Positions 12,001 through 20,803 of a DNA stretch of 64,000 nucleotides are shown in pieces; position 1 is the stretch's first letter; the number at the start of each line of letters is the position of its first letter. Where the stretch lies: contig OZ249436.1 in NCBI GenBank assembly GCA_965235115.1, positions 1,118,001-1,182,000 of the forward strand, written 5' to 3'. The notes under the pieces are model-generated. The model was not told the origin of the DNA. It did no database searches and was given only the letters and a program-made list of their open reading frames with translations. Both the position numbers and the translations under genes were made by a program. The DNA is from Laetmonice hystrix. Taxonomy: Eukaryota.

Positions 12001-15000
12001 AATCTGTCTGTAATCAGCCAGAGATCAAGATAAGGAATGATCATATAATAGCATATCAATATCAGCGAAAATAATGTAGACTCCAATCCGGTAGAGGTGT
12101 AACAGTCCTCTTACAAACAACTCAGAGCCATATCTATTGGACCCAGCTATGCACCACAAAGTGTCGTTTCTTGTCCCAGCTCGCGGCAGCGGAAGTTTTT
12201 AAAAAGAACCCAACTGGTTCATATTAGACTGGGTGAGACCTTTTCACGTTCTTTAAAGACCGACATGGTGTGCCACCCGGCAAATGGTAATGTGGTACCA
12301 GGCGCCCGCGCCCAGCCAATCTGAAGGCGGTGGGCGTGCTAACGGCGTGATCTTTTACCAGGCCAGGTCCAATCAATGGGCCAGAAAAAGCCAGTCACGG
12401 ATGATTGACAGGCGAATACAATAGAGCAGGGGTCATCGCACCGCGATTTTCAAATCCAAGCGCCAGGCAAGAGTAGAAATTGGTATTGATTTTCGATGAT
12501 TTCTAATGTTCATCGACACTGACACTGTAGGTATATTAGGATGCCCTCTGACGATTATGCAGTTTGGGCACGTGAATGCGATGGATATCGCCCGTTATTG
12601 CCAACCATGGGAGCTCTTCACTCGGCGATGTCTGGGAGTCAAATGAGCTGGTGGGCGTCACCCTTCCCTTTTATAGTGCATGTCGGTCTTTAATAGAAAC
12701 ATTAAACATCATATCCTTATTTTTTTCATCCAGATTTCTTAGACTTTTTCTTTTTTGCAAGGAAGGACATGAAACGAAACACTTGTTTCGGCCTTAGATT
12801 GACTTATCATGTACCCTATGACACACATAGGTTCTTTCGAAATAGTGTCAACAGCGGCGTTGACGGATTGGTTGTAAGATGTAGAGTAGGTCCTACTCAC
12901 TCACAGAACCTAACATATCTAATGAATAATTCATCTGAAATACCGTTATCATGCATCATTGGCTCTCTGCATCCAATAATGCATCTTAATCTATTGAAAG
13001 TTAACCCCCAGTTCCATGGTTAGTAAGTGTATGTAATAAATACTAGAATTCACTGTTACTTTATAGTAAGAGGAATGAACATATTTTGTTACAGTAAGAG
13101 TGAACATATTTTGTTACAGTAGGAGTAAACAGAATTTGTTACAGTAAGAGGAGTGAACAGATTTCGTTACGCTAACAGGAGTGAACAGAATTTGTTACAG
13201 TAAGAGGAGTGAACAGATTTCGTTACGCTAACAGGAGTGAACAGATTTCTTTACAGTAAGAGGAGTGAACAGATTTCGTTACAATAACAGGAGTGAACAG
13301 AATTTGTTACAGTAAGAGGAGTGAACAGATTTCGTTACAATAACAGGAGTGAACAGAATTTGTTACAGAAGAAGGAGTGAACAGATTTGGTTACAGTAAC
13401 AGAAGTGAACAGAATTTGTTTACGGTAAGAGGAAAGATCAAATTTTGATAATGCTGTCTCACGTGATTTCAGTTGATGTCTGGTTGGCAGTTCCACACAT
13501 CGGCCCCAGCAGTATTGGCGATGTCACATTGGGGCCCTCATATATCACAAGCGAATCGTAGATACAACCCTTCCCTCCTTCAAGATCTAACGCCTTCAAG
13601 CTGGAGTCAAAACAGGCATTTGTCAGCTAAGATAAGAAAACCATTGGCACGGTTCACACACCCCCGGGGGTGGGTAGGCACCATAGCCACAGCCAGGTAT
13701 GGCCATAATGGGACATGCTTGGAATTTGTACATGATGCAACAAAGATATATCCTCCAGAGGAGAGCTCGAGATGTACATGACTATGAACTCACTCTAGAG
13801 ATATGGTTCTGCCTTCCCTGACTTTGACCTTCCACTGACATCTGACATTGGGAGGGTAAGGCAGGGGCCAGAGTGGTGACGTCACAATCCCTCTGGTACC
13901 GCTTAGTGACGTCACCCCACACTCTGTCCACGTTTGACCTGGCAGAACTAAAAATAGCAACAGACAATAAGGCACCTCTACTCCAACTTAAAGGGAATAG
14001 AAAAAATCCTCACTAACGTACCTTTGAACACCAGTAACACTAAGGTCTAAGGTCACACCGATAAGTGGAACACTGTCAACGGCGACTTTTTAAAAATACC
14101 GCCGGGTCATTCGCTATTTCCCACGCGAGACAGCGGGAGCTATATCTATTAATAGATTGAGATAAGGGCCAAATAGGGTAAACAACCGGACGAAGCCAGC
14201 GGGAGAATGTCTCTACATTTCGGTTGATTATTCCTTTATTAAAGATCAGATAATCACAGAATTGTAGGTAAGAACAAGCTTGTTCATGCTGAACACCCTT
14301 ATATTGATAGTTTGAACTTTTCTATTCCCTTTAACCATGACGATTACGGCATCATAATGCCATTCCGCATATAATGCCAAGTTATAAACACAACAAGATT
14401 ACCTATATTGCATGTTAGTGTAATATATGCCTATACTTGTGGAATTTGATTGTTTTAAATGGAATCATCATTTCATACCAGGTGTATTGTAGGGGAGCAG
14501 TTTACTGTTAGATATACGTACGTTTAGTTTCACACTTTGAGCCATAAAAGTTTGGTTTACACTGGCAGACAAATTCTTTGTCCCCTGACACGTATTGGCA
14601 AGTAGCGTTGTTTTCACACGGATTTGGGAAACACGCTACCGTTCCTGGAAAAGTAGGATGCAATCTAAGCACAGACAACAGAAATAGATACGAAATAGAT
14701 ACGAAATGCAAACCTTTTCGTAAATGACAGTAGCGTACTCAATGCCGGTATGATATGAAGCAGTGGTAACAAAGGCTAATAGAAATGGCCAAATTGGCCA
14801 ACTCGATGAGACAATGCCAGAGCTAATAAACTGACACGAGCTGCACTGTAACTTGATAATGGCGATATGTTACGAGATTTCTACGGGGGAGTTCTCCGGA
14901 AGCCTGGTCGGGCCATTGCTAGGAGTGAAATACGGGGGTTGATGTCAACGCAGCAATATTTTATGTGGAGGCTGATAGAAATTATCTGGTGGTCGCCAAA

Positions 15001-18000
15001 TACAACATAGTTTCACTCCGACATGAGATATTCCCATTCAATTAATGACACAAACGGGCTTCGGTAGGTTTCCGTTACGCCGTCGTTAATAACGATCATC
15101 GTTAAACAAACTTAAACCACCTGGTTATCATCATTAATATTCATCCTTGAATGGCCTTGAATGCGGTGCTCAAATAGGCCCTGTTGTTATAGAAAGGGTG
15201 TATAATACTCATAGACGTTTCTGTCATAATACTCTTGTCGTTAAAGTACTATAGTGTTGGATTACCCCCGCTAGCCCCCCGCCCGCTAGCCCCCCGTTTA
15301 GACAAGGCCGAAGGTGTGAGAAATCTGTGCCGGTAGCCCCCCGCCCGGCTGTTCCACTCCCTGACACTACCCCCACCACTGAGGCGTGGACGGAGTTGGG
15401 GGGGGGGGGGGGGTCAACGGCAGACTTGGCGATTCATATACTGCCGATGCAGGCAGGTCAGCCAGCCCCCAAAAGAAAGAAAAAGTATTGACTCCCGATA
15501 TGTATTGACTCCCGATTGCACCAGTTAGGCTTAGACTATGATATGCCACAGAATGCTGGAGTCCTATATGAAGGCGGTTGGCCATATGATGGACAATACT
15601 ACTGGTACTAAGTAAGGCAGTGGCTGAGTGTATAACTGTGATTCTAACTAACACCATAATACAGATTCAGTCCCGTAACACCCGTAATCAGTCATTGATA
15701 TATCTAGTAACACCCCCTTATTATTTGTCGCTTGCCTTTTAGTTATCCCTTAACAAAGAACTATACATTACAATGCAAGTTCTTTGCCCTTACCATCCCT
15801 CACCGCTGACCACCCCAAATCTCATCAGGGGGTAGTGTCTGATAGTGGAACAGCCGAGCAGGGGGCTAGCGGCACAGATTTCTCACACCTTCGGCCCTGT
15901 CTAAACGGGGGGCTAGCGGGCGGGGGGCTAGCGGGATGATACCCTATAGATACGTCCCAATATACGCTCCATGTGGGAGGGCAGATTCAGTCCGAACAAG
16001 CCAGTCACATACAACTCATACAACGACGGAATTGATAACGGCCTGAATTCATTGATTACTGCCAGGGTCTATATAAAACTACAGCTTACCACAGCAGCAC
16101 TACAACATTTACCTTGATTACGGCTTGTTATTTATATTATTTCTTAGCAATCAGATTGCAAGAATGATGATGTATAGCCTTTTCCGTCAATGCCCATGGT
16201 TAATGTATGGTATCGAACGACATTCAAGCTAAAGTCCCCTTTGAAATCCTGTATTTCAATTGTAATTGACTACTTCAGCTTAACTCAATGATGCCAACTC
16301 TTCATATTCAATACATGACTTTTTTTGCAATTGTAATTGTAAAGTCATTGTAATGAAAGAGTCCATTGCTGCTGACAAAGAGTGGCGCTAGACTCTATAC
16401 TACGATAGCTTTCAGGGACAAATGGCAAGGACGTTTGATGTATGAAAGGGGAATAAAAAATATATAATAAATAATAAATAATAATAAAAAATAAGTAAAT
16501 TCGATCGAATGAAACAGGGAGTTATCTGCATTCCTCTCCTTTCCGCGGCACTCTGATGTCTCGTAATAACCACTATCAAAATGTCTTTAAAAGAAACTCA
16601 TAAACCATTGAGTGTCTTTTTGAGACAAACCATCATGCCTGTCTGTGATGTCCGACATGAGGCAATTGAATGGGAATACCAACACATACAGTTTTCAGTA
16701 TTAGAACAAGCACCCAATAGAAACCTCCCTTTTACAGAAAGCGAGTGTGAAAGCGAACATGTAAATCCTATGCACAGTTAATTTGTTCTCTGATGTTGAT
16801 AAAAAGAGAATGGTTACTTGCGTTCACATATAAAACCTTGGATGTCTTTAGCATTCGTATCACAACTATGATCAGCCCAATAAAAGGACGATAGTGAGAG
16901 TTTGGGCAATGCCCAGAACTTGTAGTTGGTGAGAATAGTACAGTCCTGGCCGTTGGTGGCGCTGCCGTCGGGTTGGCCCTCGTACCAAGACGAGGCCGGG
17001 TCGTTGGGCAGTGGCATGCGCGTTCCATCGGCCCACATCCAGCGTCCCTCTAATGTAAGAGTAAAGACCATAAAGTGAATAAATTGTTAGAAAATAGCAT
17101 GGTTTTCAAAACTAATAAGCTTATGATATTTTAAGCAGTTTGCACAGCGGGCTGTTTATTCCCATAGGACTACATGCAATTTGATTTCAACCCTTTTATT
17201 TATTAGGTGGAATATAAAGACATTTCTAATGGCAGCTCAGGTTAGGACGCACAGATTTTTTTTAGCCAATAATATGCAAGGAACAATAACTTGACCTTGA
17301 GCAGCGTCTGAGCCTCCAATGAACGCGCTCATGACGCGCATGCGCAGAATGCTCCGTGCCAGGAACGCGCCCTCCTCCTCAGTGTTGACGCTTACAAGCA
17401 TTGCGCCTTCCGTCCGGCAGGCGGCCATGGCCCTCGAGGCCGTCATTGTATTATCCTCAAAGAATTTATAAGAATGGTTTCCAAAATCCTGCCACTCATC
17501 CGGGATTAGTGCTTCAGCTGGACAAGAAAAGTATAGTTAAATAGCTAGCTGCAGGTCACAAATGGCAGTCCTATTTGATCCTTGGGTCGTTCATATCCTA
17601 GAGTTCTTTCTATTAAATCATGTTTTGACATTATATCGGATATATTTAACTTTCTAATATTGCTCCCTCACGTCGCCTTACATAAACATGATTATTCGAG
17701 TATCGCGACTGTGCAGATACAGATACAGGACTGCAATGTCTACCCATGGTTCTGTACTTACGATTGCAAACTTTGTAATAGTCAAAACAGCAATTTTCAA
17801 ATTGGATGCAAGCTTCGTTGCAGTAGCAAGGTTTTCCTGGAAAATAGGCCTCATCGCATCGGTTGGCACACGAGGCTTCGTTCTCTTCCCGCAAAACTGT
17901 TTGAAGTCAATAAAAAGACCGTGAAATCATTTTACTAAATGATAAGTTACCATGCTGTGTTATAGGGCACGAGTGGGATCTTCAGCACTGAGTGGATATA

Positions 18001-20803
18001 AATGACACCACAACGTCTTTGATCATAACAATCCCGGGCATCTTTCATCTTTCATAGCTGAGGCACAGAACCAGCCTCCACGAAAATTCTTTCATAGCTG
18101 AGGCACAGAACCAGCCTCCAGGAAAAGTCTTTCATAGCTGAGGCACAGAACCAGCCTCCAGGAAAAGTCTTTCATAGCTGAGGCACAGAACCAACCTCCA
18201 GGAAAAGTCTTTCATAGCTGAGGCACAGAACCAGCCTCCACGAAAAGTCTTTCATAGCTGAGGCACAGAACCAGCCTCCACTAAAAGTCTTTCATAGCTG
18301 AGGCACAGAACCAGCCTCCACGAAAAGTCTTTCATAGCTGAGGCACAGAACCAGCCTCCAGGAAAAGTCTTTCATAGCTGAGGCACAGAACCAGCCTCCA
18401 CGAAAAGTCTACTAACACGTCGAGAAAGGAGGGCGAAGTTCAAGGCGTTTTTAATGCGTTCTCTCATACATTTGCCACCGACTGAACCTATGTTGGATCC
18501 AGGGCCCGGTTTGTTTTGTTTACTTTTCCACCGTGAGCAAGGGTGAGCAGAGCTGAGCAAGGGTGAGCATGAGCTCATGCTCACCGTTTTGCTCACCGTT
18601 TTGGGGGTTTCCCCGTGACCTTGGGGTTTCCCCGTGACCTTGCTCACCATGAGCACGCCTCACGGATAAAAAACAAAACAAAACCACGAAAACGGTGACC
18701 AAAAAACGGAGTAGTTGCACTAGAACATACGTTCCATATAGACTAATGCGCTATCAACGAAGGTAGCCGTTTTTTATTCAGGTTTAAAAGCCTCAGAGTG
18801 AAAGCCTCGCGATCGTGAAGTAGTGAGTATACATTTGTAGTTTGTGATCACAAAGCAGAGATGGCACACTCGAAGGCCATGCGGCTGAAGCCTTGCTCAA
18901 ATATCAGAAACGCATATGGATTTACAATCTAATGTCTGACGCGACTCTTTGTGCCGAGTTTTCGCCAGTAAACTGAGTAATTCATTGGGCACACCGGTCG
19001 AACCTGGGGCAGGACTGATTCTATTCAACTGAGTATGGGATGAATGCCGAATCAAGGGTTTGCGTCCATAATGTCATACGGTAGTTCTATATACATTTCG
19101 AGGATCGTATATTTGTCTTCCCATCTCCGGGAAAATGTTGTTGTTGCTTGATCTATAAACCCAGCGATGTATTGTCAGCCTCGCCTGAATCGTTCTGAAT
19201 CAGTTGTCAGTGCGATATGTGTGTTCCATCAGAAGCGAGTGTCACATATTTTGGTGCCTAGATTATATTCTTGATGTAAATAACAGAGGAGACTGAACTT
19301 CTCGGAGAACCCCCAAATTTATGTGTAATCTAATATCCAATGAGATGTCTATATTTTCGAGTGTCCGAGCCACTTCCGGGCTGCGGACTTGTGTTGGTCA
19401 CGTGACTATCTTGGGAGCCTTTACCATCAAGTCGCCGACATGGTAATATAGTGTGCAGGTGTCAAATATATAGTGAGGCAGAATGATCCCATATATACAT
19501 GCTCTAGATAACGTTGATATCTTCAGCTATTATTCAGAACACAAGCTCCCCAGTATATTATAAAGGGCGTCTCAGAAAAAAAAACGAAATCCTAAAATAT
19601 CACCATTTTGTGAGAAAATGATACTAACTAGATATACGTTACCAAATGTTTCTGATAGGTCAAAACCTCCTCCTTCCAATGATGTGTCAATTTCCTCAAT
19701 CGATTCAGAGATGACCGAATTATTATTGTTTTCCTCCCACAATCCGAATGCAGCCTGGGACAAAGTTAATACGTCCGAAAATCCGTGCATCTGACAGCAT
19801 GAGATGCAATTGAAACAAACGGTGAAGAGGAAATCCGAACTCAATTTTATTCCTCGTTAATTTGTCTCCATCATCCATGTCAAACTTGTCAAATGAAGTA
19901 TAAAATTGATTATCTAACATTGATTTCGTCATCCCCGTTTGTTCCAATTGCATCTCATGCACTGATTTTCGTAGGCCTACCTCTGCAGCCTGCAGAGGTA
20001 GACCTACCTCTGCAGCCTGGGAAGGCAGCATAGGTAGACCTACCTCTGCAGCCTGGGAAGGCAGCAGAGGTAGGTCTACCTCTGCAGCCTGTGGAGGCAG
20101 CAGAGGTAGACCTACCTCTGCAGCCTGGAATGGCAGCAAAGGTAGACCTACCTCTGCAGCCTGTGGAGGCAGCAGAGGTAGACCTACCTCTGCAGCCTGG
20201 AATGGCAGCAAAGGTAGACCTACCTCTGCAGCCTGGGAAGGCAGCAGGTGTAGACCTACCTCTGCAGCCTGGGAAGGCAGCATAGGTAGACCTACCTCTG
20301 CAGCCTGGGAAGGCAGCAGAGGTAGACCTACCTCTGCAGCCTGGGGAGGCAGCAGAGGTAGACCTACCTCTGCAGCCTGGGAAGGCAGCATTCGGGTTGT
20401 GAAAGCTCGATATGAAGATTGGTATGGAGAGCGCATTTTGTTGTGGAACCATTCTGTGAAATTTGACCATAACATTTCTTTGATATACTTCTTGCAATCA
20501 GTCCATGTGCAGGTCATTCTATGACATTTCCTGATGTTACCATCTTTTGGTCGTTGAGAAAGGATCTATGGGAGCTCACGCTGGGAATGAGGGGTGGAGG
20601 GTATTACCAGCACCCTCGGCCACGTGATCAGATTTACAAGGAATCATTCTTGCTATAATTAATGCATTCACACACCCATAATATATACATGAACTCATAT
20701 TTGAGAAATGTTATATTGATCCCAACGTAAGGCGGAACTTACCTTCTTCTTGAGAATAGACTGCAGGGAGAAGTAACAGGAGAACGAAGCGACGGCACCA
20801 CAT
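1..20803 (-). CDS. Multi-exon gene (3'-truncated by window) for a large mosaic secreted/membrane protein: SP-SMB-CTLD-EGF-CUBx~5-CTLD-CTLD-like-LDLa-LDLa...; possibly GRL101/LGR-like receptor ectodomain
   Basis: 26 exons joined with matching intron phases into one ~1330-aa open frame; Cys patterns of SMB, CTLD, EGF, CUB and LDLa recognisable. Receptor class is inference because the C-terminus is outside the window. Confidence 0.9.
190..1116. mobile_element. Non-autonomous fold-back element with interleaved inverted repeats (possibly Crypton/tyrosine-recombinase-type)
   Basis: Interrupts one 70-bp unit with 0-1 bp duplication; two ~135-bp hairpins; three inverted-repeat pairs; family call is inference. 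Confidence 0.8.
1493..1612 (-). CDS. Exon 25: LDL-receptor class A repeat
   Basis: [35 protein letters not shown] (canonical LDLa); phase 1-1. Confidence 0.95.
1763..1877 (-). CDS. Exon 24: CTLD3-like part b
   Basis: ...QPCHL...YSVMCE; ttcttccag acceptor, GTGCGT donor, phase 0-1. Confidence 0.8.
2113..2381 (-). CDS. Exon 23: CTLD3-like part a
   Basis: CPSGWLTVGTRCFQL...WTDAKSVC...; acacag acceptor (amplified in the 75-bp array), GTTAGT donor. Confidence 0.88.
2366..2967. repeat. 75-bp x 8 tandem array spanning exon-23 acceptor
   Basis: Near-identical units starting 2366, 2441, ... 2891. Confidence 0.97.
3035..3373. mobile_element. MITE with TTAA TSD (Kolobok-like)
   Basis: ttaa|aggtgctattcgt ... 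acgaatagcacct|ttaa. Confidence 0.8.
3476..3544 (-). CDS. Exon 22: short linker
   Basis: 69-nt open phase 1-1 exon between ttgtag and CAG|GTACGT; no domain signature. Confidence 0.6.
3865..4036. mobile_element. MITE (PIF/Harbinger-like), same family as 56059-56269
   Basis: TIR ccactaaggcgattttccttgcgacggccatgcga / tcgcatggccgtcgcaaggggaatcgccttggtgg; interior shared with the 56-kb copy. Confidence 0.8.
4045..4172. mobile_element. Small palindromic MITE
   Basis: aggggtgtgtttcaagcgtgtcggaccgtccgaccgg ... ccggtcggacggtccgacgcgcttattgaaaccgccccct. Confidence 0.65.
4322..4572 (-). CDS. Exon 21: CTLD2 part c
   Basis: YTDW...QP...LCTV...NWAKIPCDYP...AICK; phase 2-1, GTACGT donor. Confidence 0.88.
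5053..5177 (-). CDS. Exon 20: CTLD2 part b
   Basis: YMLGNGWFW...TFIGLHNRGEVYSWLDGTSV; ccacag acceptor (amplified in the 46-bp array), GTGAGT donor (phase 2). Confidence 0.87.
5176..5543. repeat. 46-bp x 8 tandem array containing branch point plus acceptor of exon 20
   Basis: Minus-strand unit agtccctttagactgtaTACTAAC(t/c)aacagttcctgtaccacAG|ta. Confidence 0.97.
5783..5994 (-). CDS. Exon 19: C-type lectin-like domain 2 part a
   Basis: CP...YRGHCY...TWQQSADQCAKENGTLLTIKDEDEAYFIK; phase 1-0. Confidence 0.9.
6462..6582 (-). CDS. Exon 18: CUB5-like part c
   Basis: LPPYQKLGIELNTLESTFSQRWEFKLAYTS; tcttccag acceptor, GTATGT donor; an upstream in-frame acceptor at ~6684 is also possible. Confidence 0.72.
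6805..6908 (-). CDS. Exon 17: CUB5-like part b
   Basis: IKEVPKDSG...LTLCADTDLFLPTLAIK; ctttctacag acceptor, GTAGAA donor, phase 1-0. Confidence 0.75.
7619..7840 (-). CDS. Exon 16: CUB5-like part a
   Basis: SSCGVILSPFFP...WTWVIEGP...FTVNLYYVRGP...CSEYF; tttcag acceptor (amplified in the 74-bp array), GTACGT donor. Confidence 0.85.
7800..8459. repeat. 74-bp x ~9 tandem array spanning exon-16 acceptor
   Basis: Units at 7800, 7874, 7948, ... 8392 (last unit internally deleted). Confidence 0.97.
8585..8725 (-). CDS. Exon 15: CUB4 end
   Basis: GPFCGS...VTSDSGEFLVVFYSD; ttgttag acceptor, GTAAGC donor. Confidence 0.88.
8936..9085 (-). CDS. Exon 14: CUB4 middle
   Basis: LYCKWLIRGEVGSQLVMNFLDFVVYPQDPTCSSDGLVIHAG; ctgcag acceptor, GTATGT donor. 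Confidence 0.88.
9235..9390 (-). CDS. Exon 13: linker / CUB4 start
   Basis: Open frame EWTPERSGCYRP...QPMYDA between tatcag acceptor and GTAACA donor, phase 1-1. Confidence 0.75.
9434..9834 (+). mobile_element. Kolobok-like MITE, copy 1
   Basis: ttaa|agggaatagaaaa... with degenerate right end ttttctattacct; inverted paralog at 13992-14330. Confidence 0.8.
10023..10200 (-). CDS. Exon 12: divergent CUB3 part b
   Basis: IYDGSSPTS...ILSTGFQVFIV...NFSTAFT; phase 0-1, GTGAGC donor. Confidence 0.85.
10700..10893 (-). CDS. Exon 11: divergent CUB3 part a
   Basis: VEGASGFISS...QQWIVRVPVGHRVSLQW; phase 1-0. Confidence 0.85.
11035..11226 (-). CDS. Exon 10: CUB2 part b
   Basis: GCENGGLVVYDG...KYCG...; tttcag acceptor, GTAGGT donor. 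Confidence 0.88.
11414..11605 (-). CDS. Exon 9: CUB2 part a
   Basis: YIWTECG...CGTAKTFTSNCGRISI...DCSWSITVQQGHSINLTFADFQIE; acceptor ambiguous within tttagagag. Confidence 0.8.
11910..12007 (-). CDS. Exon 8: CUB1 part c
   Basis: IIYTRTNEVTLEMSSDSSVTGDGFMIAF (CUB C-terminal motif); donor position somewhat uncertain. Confidence 0.8.
13068..13432. repeat. Intronic minisatellite (alternating ~27-30-bp ttgttacagtaagaggagtgaacaga-type units)
   Basis: Visible degenerate tandem units. Confidence 0.85.
13463..13600 (-). CDS. Exon 7: CUB1 part b
   Basis: LKALDLEGGKGCIYDSLVIYEGPNVTSPILLGPMCG; phase 2-2; not in the ORF track, read manually. Confidence 0.9.
13794..13947 (-). CDS. Exon 6: CUB1 part a
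   Basis: CGVTSLSGTRGIVTSPLWPLPYPPNVRCQWKVKV; tttttag acceptor, GTGAGT donor (phase 2). Confidence 0.9.
13992..14330 (-). mobile_element. Kolobok-like MITE, copy 2
   Basis: TTAA TSD on both sides, 13-bp TIR agggaatagaaaa/ttttctattccct. Confidence 0.88.
14522..14644 (-). CDS. Exon 5: EGF-like domain
   Basis: CFPNPCENNATCQYVSGDKEFVCQCKPNFYGSKCE; ttttccag acceptor, GTACGT donor, phase 1-1. Confidence 0.92.
15250..15949. mobile_element. MITE/fold-back with ~120-bp TIRs
   Basis: 15250-15374 is inverted-complementary to 15828-15949 (ccgctagccccccgcccgctagc.../...gctagcgggcggggggctagcgg). Confidence 0.75.
16822..17049 (-). CDS. Exon 4: C-type lectin domain 1, C-half (QPD motif)
   Basis: EGRWMWADG...WYEGQPD...QDC...WADHSC...FICE; probable GC donor (C|GCAAGT). 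Confidence 0.88.
17296..17517 (-). CDS. Exon 3: C-type lectin domain 1, N-half
   Basis: PDEWQDFGNHSYKFF...AMAACRTEGAMLVSVNTEEEGAFL...AFIGGSD; ttgtccag acceptor, GTCAAG donor. Confidence 0.9.
17762..17896 (-). CDS. Exon 2: somatomedin B domain
   Basis: SCANRCDEAYFPGKPCYCNEACIQFENCCFDYYKVC (8-Cys SMB pattern); acag acceptor, GTAAGT donor, phase 1-1. Confidence 0.92.
18048..18410. repeat. 40-bp x 9 minisatellite
   Basis: tctttcatagctgaggcacagaaccagcctcca(c/g)gaaaag. Confidence 0.95.
19975..20390. repeat. 36-bp x ~11 minisatellite in intron 1
   Basis: aggtagacctacctctgcagcctgggaaggcagcag. Confidence 0.95.
20743..20803 (-). CDS. Exon 1: start codon and signal peptide MWCRRFVLLLLLPAVYSQEE
   Basis: ATG at 20803, basic n-region, hydrophobic core, VYS-Q cleavage-like site, G|GTAAGT donor (phase 1). 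Confidence 0.85.
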
